Positions 1 to 8,572 of a stretch of DNA of 35,677 bases are shown one piece after another (within the stretch, counting starts at the first letter, position 1; every line of letters begins with the position of its first letter). Source of the DNA: a virus (lineage: Duplodnaviria > Caudoviricetes); IMG/VR virus record IMGVR_UViG_3300022178_000152, positions 1 through 35,677 of that record; one strand, given 5' to 3'. The notes beneath the pieces are model-generated. The model was not told the origin of the DNA. It was given only the letters and a program-made list of their open reading frames with translations, and ran no database searches. A program made the translations under genes and the position numbers.

Positions 1-2
1 GT

Positions 3-446
3 TACGACGAACAATCTAACCCTGCGTGTCCGGGGTATGTCAAACCTATACCTGTAATACCTGTAGTTGAACTGTATGATGTACTAGAAGATGAAGATGC
101 TATGGCTGCTATAGACGCGGATACAGATTTTCAGTATGATGAAGATGGCAATCTGATACTTTCTGAAGAAGAGGAAGAGGAAGAAAATAGGATTGAAATG
201 GGTTTGACCGCATCTGCCAATGCACTGACCCTGTTTAAGACACAAGGGCAAGATGGCATTATTATGGCTATTAACCAACAGACTAATATAGCTATGTATT
301 ATAACGCGTCTATCAACGGAGGTGTGTATGCTGATGCCCCCGGTCTTGCAGACTCAGAAATATCTGACAACAAGAAGGCCTTGCGTAATAACTTAGCACA
401 ACAGATTCTGCACGAAAAGATGGTCGATATGCAGTACAACAATTGA
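3..446 (+). CDS. 5'-truncated hypothetical protein (Cys-Pro-Gly-Tyr motif, acidic tract); first gene of the exported-protein module
   Basis: The frame of ORF 102..446 is open back to the window edge (YDEQSNPACPGYVKPIPVIPVVELYDVLEDEDAMAA...), so the real start is upstream of the window. Contains a poly-Glu run; stop lies 8 nt before the next ATG. Confidence 0.8.
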   Translation, partial: YDEQSNPACPGYVKPIPVIPVVELYDVLEDEDAMAAIDADTDFQYDEDGNLILSEEEEEEENRIEMGLTASANALTLFKTQGQDGIIMAINQQTNIAMYYNASINGGVYADAPGLADSEISDNKKALRNNLAQQILHEKMVDMQYNN

Positions 447-454
447 GGTTTAAT

Positions 455-943
455 ATGAAATATTCTATTGCGATACTTTCACTATGCGCATTTCCTGCAC
501 TAGCTAACGTAGAGATAACGGGTAGTGTAGCCGCCAAGTGCGTGATACAAACAGACAAAGCTGGGGTATATGGAAACCCTATTGCCAGTAAGTTAAGCAC
601 AACACCTGCCGATGGAGGTATGCTACCTGTAATTAGGATTGATGTATCTATCGCAGATTCATACACTGCAAACATAACTCACCCTACATCCTTTAGCTCT
701 TCACCTAACCTTACAGATACAATTGCGTGGACAGGTAGTACCACTGTAACAAAGATGTCTGTGGCAGGGATGTCTGCATACAATGGTGCTAAAGTAATGG
801 TAGGCAATACATCTAAATTTAATCTTACACTAGCAGGATCAGCATGGTTCTCTACCGCATCATCTGCTGTATATGGTTCAGCTAAACCCTTACCCGGTGG
901 CAATTACACGGCAGTAGTGCAGGCAAGTTGCATTGCTAAGTAG
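455..943 (+). CDS. secreted beta-rich protein resembling a fimbrial/pilin-like subunit
   Basis: GAGGT SD at 445-449 favours ATG 455. Signal peptide MKYSIAILSLCAFPALA. Mature N-terminus NVEITGSVAAKCVI and C-terminus GNYTAVVQASCIAK resemble the first and last strands of chaperone-usher pilin subunits; two Cys in the mature chain. Fold call is inference. Confidence 0.6.
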   Translation: MKYSIAILSLCAFPALANVEITGSVAAKCVIQTDKAGVYGNPIASKLSTTPADGGMLPVIRIDVSIADSYTANITHPTSFSSSPNLTDTIAWTGSTTVTKMSVAGMSAYNGAKVMVGNTSKFNLTLAGSAWFSTASSAVYGSAKPLPGGNYTAVVQASCIAK

Positions 944-1319
944 GATAACCATAGCCTTTTTGGTTTGGGGGACTTGTGCAATTCCGCATGAGATGACCCC
1001 CGCATACCCAGAAGTAAAGATGTCTCACGTCAAGGACGTGGTTAAGGTAGAGATGTCTCTCTTTAATTCAAGAGAAGAGATAAGGTATTACCAGATTGAT
1101 TTGTTTGATTTAAACTGGATGAATATACCTTTTTCTACAACGTATAGGATTATGAAAGTTGAGTACAAAGAACATAAATCTTTTGATGTCTACATAAGAA
1201 AAAGGGATATGCCTGAAGCTGTGTATCTATGCACAACGTCGAAGGTAAGAAAGACCAACCAGTCAAGAACTCTTATTTCTTCTAGGATATGTTCGAGATT
1301 AGACGGTGAGCCAGCATGA
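933..1319 (+). CDS. secreted protein, possible pilus-chaperone-like (Ig-fold) protein
   Basis: Hydrophobic leader followed by HEMTPAYP, alternating beta-strand pattern, two C-terminal Cys (YLCTTSK...SRICSR); overlaps both neighbours. TTG start is uncertain. Confidence 0.5.
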   Translation: MLSRITIAFLVWGTCAIPHEMTPAYPEVKMSHVKDVVKVEMSLFNSREEIRYYQIDLFDLNWMNIPFSTTYRIMKVEYKEHKSFDVYIRKRDMPEAVYLCTTSKVRKTNQSRTLISSRICSRLDGEPA

Positions 1320-1714
1320 GATTAGTAGTCGTTCTTTGTTTGTTATCTAGTTCAGTTGTAGCCGACAACAGCTCTCTTTCACTTGCATTGCCTAGTCCAC
1401 CTATGAATTATCAGTCAGATTCTTTTTCAACAGGTAGTATGCGGTGCAGTAATGCTGTGGGTGGAGGTGTAAACTTAGAGTATGGTGTAACAGGTGTGCT
1501 ATCAGGTTTAGATACTAGCAGTCGTGGCAAAGACATAGGTGTATACGCAAGGATAGTTATTCCATTAGACAAGCCCAAAGCTCGTATTAATTGCGACGAC
1601 CTTTATCAAATAGAGCTAGCGCAACGTAGGTTAGAGATACAAAAACTACGTGATGAAATAGAAGCGTTAAGAAACTTACAGAACGCAGGTGGCGAAATGG
1701 AGTTTGAAAACTGA
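1316..1714 (+). CDS. secreted protein with amphipathic beta-strands and C-terminal coiled coil (possible outer-membrane oligomer)
   Basis: Signal peptide MRLVVVLCLLSSSVVA; strands VNLEYGVTGV and IGVYARIVIPL; heptad tail LAQRRLEIQKLRDEIEALRNLQ; ATGA coupling to the upstream gene. Confidence 0.55.
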   Translation: MRLVVVLCLLSSSVVADNSSLSLALPSPPMNYQSDSFSTGSMRCSNAVGGGVNLEYGVTGVLSGLDTSSRGKDIGVYARIVIPLDKPKARINCDDLYQIELAQRRLEIQKLRDEIEALRNLQNAGGEMEFEN

Positions 1715-2226
1715 TGGTTGATACAACTAGAATAGCCGATAACATTGATGGACTAGCAGATCGTGAGTTTAAGACGGGTGGTATGAAGCTGTCGTTTGGT
1801 TCTATTGTGGCTATCTTTGCGTTCTTATCTACAGTTGTTGGTGGTTTGTACGGCGGGTTTGTTATGTACCAAAAAATCGAGGAGGTCGCGGGGCTTGACC
1901 TTGGCGAATACCAACAAGCAATGGATGTTATGGATGCAAAAGTTACGGGTATTTCTGATAAGGTAGAAGAATCTGTAGAGTACAGTCGTGATATTAAGAA
2001 CGGCTTAAAGGATGATATATTACGCATTGAACAACAAACAGATCGCATAGAAGATATGGTGCGAGAGTCTGAGGACAAGGTGCGTAAGATGATAGACAAT
2101 GCAGAAGTTCGCTTTGAAAATCAACGAGAACGTGTTAGGGTATCACAAAGCGGCGATATGAAAGAACTAGAAGATAAGTTAATGGATAAACTACAGCGGG
2201 CATTAGATAACCCGTTAGCAGATTAG
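1714..2226 (+). CDS. inner-membrane anchored coiled-coil protein (i-spanin-like topology)
   Basis: One hydrophobic helix (FGSIVAIFAFLSTVVGGLYGGFVMY) followed by about 110 aa of charged coiled coil; TGATG coupling; next to the lysis genes. Confidence 0.55.
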   Translation: MVDTTRIADNIDGLADREFKTGGMKLSFGSIVAIFAFLSTVVGGLYGGFVMYQKIEEVAGLDLGEYQQAMDVMDAKVTGISDKVEESVEYSRDIKNGLKDDILRIEQQTDRIEDMVRESEDKVRKMIDNAEVRFENQRERVRVSQSGDMKELEDKLMDKLQRALDNPLAD

Positions 2227-2235
2227 GAGATTAAT

Positions 2236-2559
2236 ATGACAGAGTTTGAAAAAGCTGATGCAGATGGTAATGGTTCGATAGACCAAGCTGAATGGGATAA
2301 ACTTGCCCTAGAAGATAAGCGTTTAAAAATGGCTGATGACGATGCACAACGCGATGCACAAAGAAAGATGGCATGGTTTGCTTTGTTTGGTATGCTACTG
2401 TACCCCTTCGCTATAATTATTTGTAACGTAGCTAATCTTGATGAGGCCATGAAATCACTAGCTTCTATTGCCGGTGTGTATTTTGTTTCTGTAGCTGCTA
2501 TAGTTGCCGCCTTCTATGGCAAAGAAGCCTACACAAAAGGAAAGACGAATAAAGAATGA
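2236..2559 (+). CDS. EF-hand-containing two-TM membrane protein
   Basis: Canonical EF-hand loop DADGNGSIDQAE, then two hydrophobic helices; AGGAG SD. Confidence 0.75.
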   Translation: MTEFEKADADGNGSIDQAEWDKLALEDKRLKMADDDAQRDAQRKMAWFALFGMLLYPFAIIICNVANLDEAMKSLASIAGVYFVSVAAIVAAFYGKEAYTKGKTNKE

Positions 2560-2960
2560 TGAGTTTAGTAAGTAATTTGATAGGGCCTGTTACTGGGCTA
2601 CTAGACAAAGTTATCGAGGACAAAGATCAAAAGGCACAGTTAGCCCATGAGATTGCTACAATGTCCGATAATCATGCCCAGCAAGCCTTAATGGGGCAAT
2701 TAGAAATAAACAAAGCTGAAGCTGCATCAGGGTCTTTATTTAAGGGCGGCTGGAGGCCCTTCATTGGCTGGGTATGCGGCGTTGCGTTTGCATATCACTT
2801 TGTTTTACAGCCATTGATTGTGTTTGGTGTAACTGCCGCTGGAGTTGACATACCTGCGTTACCAGAGTTTGATATGGGTAGCTTAATGACTGTCATGATG
2901 GGTATGCTTGGTTTGGGCGGACTTCGCAGCTATGAAAAGAAACAAGGAATTACAAAATGA
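2556..2960 (+). CDS. holin (GTA_holin_3TM-like)
   Basis: WRPFIGWVCG and GMLGLGGLRSYEK motifs typical of the family; directly upstream of the endolysin. Confidence 0.85.
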   Translation: MMSLVSNLIGPVTGLLDKVIEDKDQKAQLAHEIATMSDNHAQQALMGQLEINKAEAASGSLFKGGWRPFIGWVCGVAFAYHFVLQPLIVFGVTAAGVDIPALPEFDMGSLMTVMMGMLGLGGLRSYEKKQGITK

Positions 2961-3466
2961 AAGAGAACTTTGATAAATGTTTAGACATGCTTCTTTCTCA
3001 TGAAGGAGGATTTGTTGACCACCCTGATGACCCTGGGGGTATGACAAATTTAGGAGTTACCAAAAAAGTATACGACGACTGGATTGGTCGTGAATCTACA
3101 GAGCAGGAAATGCGTGACTTAACACCTGAAGATGTAGGCCCAATATACAAAAAGAACTACTGGGATAGAATTAAAGGAGATTCACTTCCATCTGGGGTAG
3201 ACTGGTGCGCCTTTGATTGGTGTGTAAATTCCGGAAAAAGTAGACCTTCTAAGGCTATCCAACGTGCAGTTGGAGCTACTCAAGATGGCGCAATAGGGCC
3301 AGCTACAATAGGACTTATTATGGAAAAAGACCCTGAGTTTATAATAAATTATGTTTACGGCGTACGGCAAGACTTCTATAAAGGGTTAAAGACATTTGAA
3401 ACCTTTGGACGAGGCTGGACGCGCCGCAACAAAGAAACATTACACCAAGCGTTGGAGATGGTATAG
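2957..3466 (+). CDS. endolysin, glycoside hydrolase family 108 with PG_binding_3-like C-terminus
   Basis: HEGGFVDHPDDPGGMTNLGVT catalytic motif, IYKKNYWD, FDWCVNSG and C-terminal FGRGWTRR. Confidence 0.93.
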   Translation: MKENFDKCLDMLLSHEGGFVDHPDDPGGMTNLGVTKKVYDDWIGRESTEQEMRDLTPEDVGPIYKKNYWDRIKGDSLPSGVDWCAFDWCVNSGKSRPSKAIQRAVGATQDGAIGPATIGLIMEKDPEFIINYVYGVRQDFYKGLKTFETFGRGWTRRNKETLHQALEMV

Positions 3467-3467
3467 T

Positions 3468-5888
3468 ATGGCCGGGGTTAAAATCCAAAAGTTTTTTGGT
3501 AAAGCACCAAAGATAGCTCCTGAGCTATTACCTGACACAGCTGCGCAGGTTGCAACAAATATTAAACTATACTCTGGAGATTTAATCCCTTACCCTACAC
3601 CTGTTATTGTAGATAATACTGAGCGTAATGGTACAATAAAAAAACTACATGCTCTACGTACGCCTAGCACTGGCGAGTTAAAATGGTTGTCGTGGCCTAC
3701 TGACGTAGACATTGCTACTCCTTCGGGGGCAGCAGACGCTGACGAGCAAAGATTCTATTATTCTGGTGATGGCGCACCTAAGGTTAGTACGTACGATCTT
3801 GCAACTACGGGGGTAGAGCCGTATCCTATAGACTATTACAATTTAGGTCTACCCTTACCTGATACTATATTGTCAGTAGCTGCTGCAAACTTTACTACAA
3901 AAACTACAACTAACTATGCTAGAGATGCTAGTGGCGTAGTTACTTTAACAACAAGCGCAGCACATGGTTTAAAGTCTGGTGCAGTTGCTACAATTACTGG
4001 GTTTACTCACGTAGATGGCACTTACTCTCAGTCTGGAACTACTGTAACTATTACTGTTACTGCCCACGGATTATCTACCGGCGCACAAGTTGTGCTACGT
4101 TTTACATCTGGCGATGCTGTTAGTGGTGTGTTTACTATGACTAAAGTAAATGCAAATAGTTTTACAGTAACATCATCTACATCTGTTAGTACTTCTGGTA
4201 ATGTCGAGTGGGACTTACGCTCGTTTAACGCACGCTCTATCGAAGTTAATGCGCCTTCCGATACTACTATTACTTATACTAGTCCAGGATTTACTATAAC
4301 TACCACTGCTAATACAGATGGTAAAATAGATTTAGCCGGTAGCATACGTTCTCGTAACTACTTATACACTTGGTTTACACCGTGGGAAGAAGAGTCAATA
4401 GGCTCAGAGCCGTCTGATCCGTTGTTTATACGTGAAGGGCAAGTAGTTACAGTTACTAATTTACCTACAGCAAAACCATCGGGTAAAAATTTTGTAAGAG
4501 GTATTAGGTTATATCGTACTGTGACTGGTACTACTACAGCAGACTATTTACGTATTGCAACATTGTGGTTTCCTACTGCTTTAGCTAGTGTGCAGAGAAC
4601 CAGCAACGTATCTAGGGTTACCTTAGCCTACCCACATAATACTGCAGTAGGTACGTATTTTAAAATAGCTAACTGTTCTAACTCTTCTTTTAATATTGCA
4701 GGCGGTATAGTAACTGAAATTATAGATGACTATACTTTTGAGTATGCGCAAACGGCTTCTGATGTATCTTCTACATCTGCTACAGGTACGTTCTATATAG
4801 ATAGTTCTGAAAGCCCTGGTGTAGATACTGCTAGGTATTGGGGTGAAAGTAACTATACGTTTATAGATGATTTTGCCGTAGCTAGCCTTGGCAATGTATT
4901 AAACACAAACTTATTTGTGCCACCCCCTGCTGGATTACAAGGTCTTACTGCGGTACAGAACAATATTTTAGCAGGGTTTGTTAACAATGAAATTTACTTT
5001 ACAGAACCTGGGCAGTACCATGCGTGGCCAGAAGAATATAAGTTTACACTAGAAGACAACGTAGTAGGTTTTGCTTTGTTTAGCGGTAACGTAATTGTTA
5101 TGACTGATGCGTATGCGTACATTGTATCTGGTAGTGAGCCATCCGTATTTACTGTTACACGTACTGATGCTAGGTTTCCTTGCCTAAATAAAAATAGTAT
5201 TGTTAATACCGGAGTGGGTGTAATGTACGCTACGCACGATGGTTTAGCTTTGTATTCTACAACTACAGGCGCACAACTTGCAACTAGAGCTTTGTATAAC
5301 AGTGATACATGGGGCGCTGACCTTGATCCTAGTACACTAACAGGTACATATTTTAAAGACGCATACTTTGCATCTCATTCTAATGGTAGTATTATATTTG
5401 AGCTAGATGAAAAACAAGGCGGGTTCTTTGTAGATACAACTTACAAATTTACAGCTGCTTGGTTTGATACGCTTACAAACAAACTGTACTACTGTGCAGA
5501 TACAGACGGTGACATATACTTATGGGATGATAGTACACAACCACTATCTAACTATACATGGAAGTCTAAAACTATTGTAACTAAAAACCCTCTTAACTTA
5601 GGTGCGGCTAGAGTTGTTGCAGACTATACAGCTAATACCACAGCTAACTGGGATGCTGTAACAGTCGATTGGGAAGATACAACTATACGTTGGGATGGTG
5701 CAAACGAGGTTACATTTAAACTTTACGTTAACAAAGCACTAAAGCATACAACGTCTTTATCTAGTAGTAAAACCTTTCGTTTGCCTTCAGGCTATAAGTC
5801 GGATACATTCGAGGTAGAACTTGAAAGCGTTGTACGTGTAAGAGCTATACATCTTGCAGATACACCAACGGGACTAAGAGAAACATAA
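3468..5888 (+). CDS. tail tube/nozzle-like (virion stabilisation) protein with inserted beta-domains
   Basis: ATG 3468 follows GGAG and the endolysin stop, so it is preferred over the track's TTG 3396. About 806 aa, propeller-like repeats (EIYFTEPGQYHAWP, YATHDGL, YTWKSK, FRLPSGY); position before the internal virion genes. Confidence 0.7.
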   Translation: MAGVKIQKFFGKAPKIAPELLPDTAAQVATNIKLYSGDLIPYPTPVIVDNTERNGTIKKLHALRTPSTGELKWLSWPTDVDIATPSGAADADEQRFYYSGDGAPKVSTYDLATTGVEPYPIDYYNLGLPLPDTILSVAAANFTTKTTTNYARDASGVVTLTTSAAHGLKSGAVATITGFTHVDGTYSQSGTTVTITVTAHGLSTGAQVVLRFTSGDAVSGVFTMTKVNANSFTVTSSTSVSTSGNVEWDLRSFNARSIEVNAPSDTTITYTSPGFTITTTANTDGKIDLAGSIRSRNYLYTWFTPWEEESIGSEPSDPLFIREGQVVTVTNLPTAKPSGKNFVRGIRLYRTVTGTTTADYLRIATLWFPTALASVQRTSNVSRVTLAYPHNTAVGTYFKIANCSNSSFNIAGGIVTEIIDDYTFEYAQTASDVSSTSATGTFYIDSSESPGVDTARYWGESNYTFIDDFAVASLGNVLNTNLFVPPPAGLQGLTAVQNNILAGFVNNEIYFTEPGQYHAWPEEYKFTLEDNVVGFALFSGNVIVMTDAYAYIVSGSEPSVFTVTRTDARFPCLNKNSIVNTGVGVMYATHDGLALYSTTTGAQLATRALYNSDTWGADLDPSTLTGTYFKDAYFASHSNGSIIFELDEKQGGFFVDTTYKFTAAWFDTLTNKLYYCADTDGDIYLWDDSTQPLSNYTWKSKTIVTKNPLNLGAARVVADYTANTTANWDAVTVDWEDTTIRWDGANEVTFKLYVNKALKHTTSLSSSKTFRLPSGYKSDTFEVELESVVRVRAIHLADTPTGLRET

Positions 5889-6289
5889 TGGCTTTAGCAA
5901 CTAGATATTCAGGTATCCCTGCTGTTCCTACTACAGGCGTAGATGAGTGGCAAGTTAGGATGTTATCTGCTATTAAAGAAAATGTAGAACTCTTAGCGGG
6001 TATACGTGGCGAGAACGATCTAGCTAGTAAAGCTATAACTAAAGCACAGGTATCTAATTTAGCTGAACCTGTCGGGCAAAACATGACGAACGTATCTGCC
6101 GCCGGAGCAGGTGTAAACGTACTAACTAGCTTTAGTATATCCGGCAACGTAGTAACTATAACAGGACAGGCAAGTGTTCCAGTACTAGAAGATTACAATT
6201 CTTTAGTAATAGACGTACAAAATCTTGCTAATGATGTGGCTAATTTAAGAGCTACTGTACAAATACTTATAACACAACTAAGGAGCTAG
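5888..6289 (+). CDS. hypothetical virion-associated protein
   Basis: TAATG-coupled to the tail gene; C-terminal heptad segment. Confidence 0.6.
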   Translation: MALATRYSGIPAVPTTGVDEWQVRMLSAIKENVELLAGIRGENDLASKAITKAQVSNLAEPVGQNMTNVSAAGAGVNVLTSFSISGNVVTITGQASVPVLEDYNSLVIDVQNLANDVANLRATVQILITQLRS

Positions 6290-6292
6290 GCT

Positions 6293-7036
6293 ATGGCGCA
6301 GCAACCTAATACTTTACCACCCGTTCTACAAGGCATTATGAGTATGCCTTCTCCTACACAGTACACTCCTCCAGGTAGTGGGTTAGCAGGGGCTATGACT
6401 TCAGGCGGAGGATTACCTTCTTATGAAATGGGGGGACAAATAGGCCCAGGCGGACAACCTGTTGGTGGTATACAGCCACCTAGTCCTGAAGCAATGGGCG
6501 CACCTAAGCAACCTATGAACGCAGACATGATGGAGATGCAGATTCAAGAGTTTATGAACTCGCGTCCTCAAGAGCTAGCACAAATTAAACAAGCTGTTAT
6601 GGGGTTGGTACAATCTGGCGAACTTACAGCACAAGAGTTAAACAAGTTATCACAACTTGCTATGGCAGCTTTACGTAACCCATCTATGTACCCACAGATT
6701 AGACAGTTTGCTATACAACAAGGGCTAGCAACTGAACAAGATATTCCGGCAGAGTACGACGATGGTCTAGTGTTTGGTATAATTGTAGCAGCTCGTGCAG
6801 CTCAAGGTTCTATGGGCGGACAAGATGCAATGCAAGGTAACGTACCTGCGGCGCAACCACCTATGCCGTCTATGGGTAAAGGCGGACAAGTACCTGATAG
6901 TAAATCACCTACCGGTGAAGTACCTATTATGGCACACGAAAAAGAAATGGTTATACCCAGATGGTTAGTAGAAGAAAAAGGAACAGCTTTCTTTAAAAGC
7001 ATGATTAATAAAGGCCCGATGGATGACAAAGCCTAA
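6293..7036 (+). CDS. hypothetical virion protein, Gln/Pro/Met-rich
   Basis: AAGGAG SD; C-terminal MGKGGQV...PIMAHEKEMVIP motif of a type seen in phage virion proteins. Confidence 0.6.
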   Translation: MAQQPNTLPPVLQGIMSMPSPTQYTPPGSGLAGAMTSGGGLPSYEMGGQIGPGGQPVGGIQPPSPEAMGAPKQPMNADMMEMQIQEFMNSRPQELAQIKQAVMGLVQSGELTAQELNKLSQLAMAALRNPSMYPQIRQFAIQQGLATEQDIPAEYDDGLVFGIIVAARAAQGSMGGQDAMQGNVPAAQPPMPSMGKGGQVPDSKSPTGEVPIMAHEKEMVIPRWLVEEKGTAFFKSMINKGPMDDKA

Positions 7037-7460
7037 TCTAAATATAGAGATGTTAACACCTGAAAGGGTGGACGAACTATGGGATTGGTTAGAGCCACTA
7101 CTTACTGCGTCTTGTAACAGTAATGAAATAGGTTCAGACGACATAACCTCAGGTGATATATACTGTCTAGCACAGACAGATCAGTGTGTAATTTTTGCTT
7201 TGTCAAATAATGGTATGCCTGAGTGCGTAATTGCTGTACAGTTCCACTTAGCGAATGGTAAAAAAGGTGCAGACTTAATAGCAATGGCCGGTAAAAACTT
7301 ATCTAAATTTAGAGATGCCTTCTGGGAATCTATACTAGACTGGCTAAGAGCCAATGAGTGTATGTTCCTTGATGCGTATGGTACAGAAAGATTAGCAAAA
7401 CATTACATAAAACGATTCGGATTTACAAAGTCCTGCGCGTATGTACGAATGATTCTATAG
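7023..7460 (+). CDS. putative GNAT-fold virion assembly protein
   Basis: Size, position between tail and ejection genes, and pattern LIAMAG...WLRANEC.FLDAYG...RFGF fit the GNAT-like genes found at this position in podoviruses (inference). Confidence 0.55.
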   Translation: MTKPNLNIEMLTPERVDELWDWLEPLLTASCNSNEIGSDDITSGDIYCLAQTDQCVIFALSNNGMPECVIAVQFHLANGKKGADLIAMAGKNLSKFRDAFWESILDWLRANECMFLDAYGTERLAKHYIKRFGFTKSCAYVRMIL

Positions 7461-7469
7461 GAGATTAAA

Positions 7470-8561
7470 ATGTCTAAAGCAGTAAAAGTAGTTGTAGCAG
7501 TGGCAGTAGCGGTAGCCATTCCTTTTGTAGCCCCAGCAATCGCTAGTAGTATTGGAGCAACAGCAGCTATATCTAGTGCCGCAACTACGTTAGGTGCAAG
7601 TACAGCAGCAGCCGCTACTATAGGTTCAACAGTAGGAGCAGCCGCAACAGGTGCAGTTCTAGGTGCGGCGGGAGCAGCAGTTACTGGTAACGACATAGAA
7701 AAAGGTGCTATCATGGGCGGCCTAGCAGGCGGGTTTGCAGGGTATAGTTCTGCAACAGCCGCAAACAATGCAGCGGCAGCTAACCCAGAAGTAACTGCAG
7801 CGGCAGAAAAAGTAGGTAGTAACATAGTAAAAGTAGACGCAACTACTGGTTCGGCTTTGTTATCAGATGGTACTATGATAGCGGCAGACGGTGCAGTCAC
7901 AGCACCCACAATTACTTCTGCGGCTAAAGCAGGATTTAGTACTACTATAACAGGTCTTGCTTCTAACCCAGAAACGCTAAAGAAAATTACAGCCATGGCT
8001 CTTGGTAACGCTGACATATCAGGTTTATCTCCAGAAGAACAAGAGCTAGTAGAGCTACGTAAAGCTGAGTTAAAACGTATGGCTTCTGATAATCGTGCTT
8101 TGTTTGAGCAACAAGTTTTAGCGGCGCAAGAGTTTATGCAGATGGCTGACCAACAACAAGGTAACCCAGAAGCAGCTTACGCGGAAACAAAAATTAGAAG
8201 TGAACGTCAGCTAAACGAAGACACACGTGGCCTATCAGCAGACAGAGCAGCAGGTTTACGTAGAGCTTCTCAGATTGACAGTACAGAATCAGGTACTATA
8301 GCTTCAGCTGCAGAAGAAGAACGCGGTCAAGCAGCGTCCATGCGCTTGCGTCAAGCAGGCCTTAGTGCTTTACCTACTGCATCCCCTGAAGGTTACGCAG
8401 GTTTAGCTAGTCCATACTTCCAAGACTTGGCGGAACGCAAACGACAAGCACAAGCAGATTTAGTCTATGGTGCTAGCCGTGTAATGGGTATAGGTGGCGG
8501 AACTTCTAGTGGTTTGTATGGCGGTATTGGTGGCAGCAATAGCAAATCTGAAAACGCGTAA
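7470..8561 (+). CDS. internal virion/DNA ejection protein
   Basis: Ala/Gly-rich hydrophobic N-terminal region with a helical charged C-terminus; AGGAG SD; first of three ejection-type genes of increasing size. Confidence 0.7.
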   Translation: MSKAVKVVVAVAVAVAIPFVAPAIASSIGATAAISSAATTLGASTAAAATIGSTVGAAATGAVLGAAGAAVTGNDIEKGAIMGGLAGGFAGYSSATAANNAAAANPEVTAAAEKVGSNIVKVDATTGSALLSDGTMIAADGAVTAPTITSAAKAGFSTTITGLASNPETLKKITAMALGNADISGLSPEEQELVELRKAELKRMASDNRALFEQQVLAAQEFMQMADQQQGNPEAAYAETKIRSERQLNEDTRGLSADRAAGLRRASQIDSTESGTIASAAEEERGQAASMRLRQAGLSALPTASPEGYAGLASPYFQDLAERKRQAQADLVYGASRVMGIGGGTSSGLYGGIGGSNSKSENA

Positions 8562-8572
8562 GGAGAAATATC

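Noticed and set aside
3396-3467. Track N-terminal extension of the tail protein from TTG 3396
   Set aside because: Overlaps the endolysin by about 70 nt; ATG 3468 has an SD and follows the stop directly.
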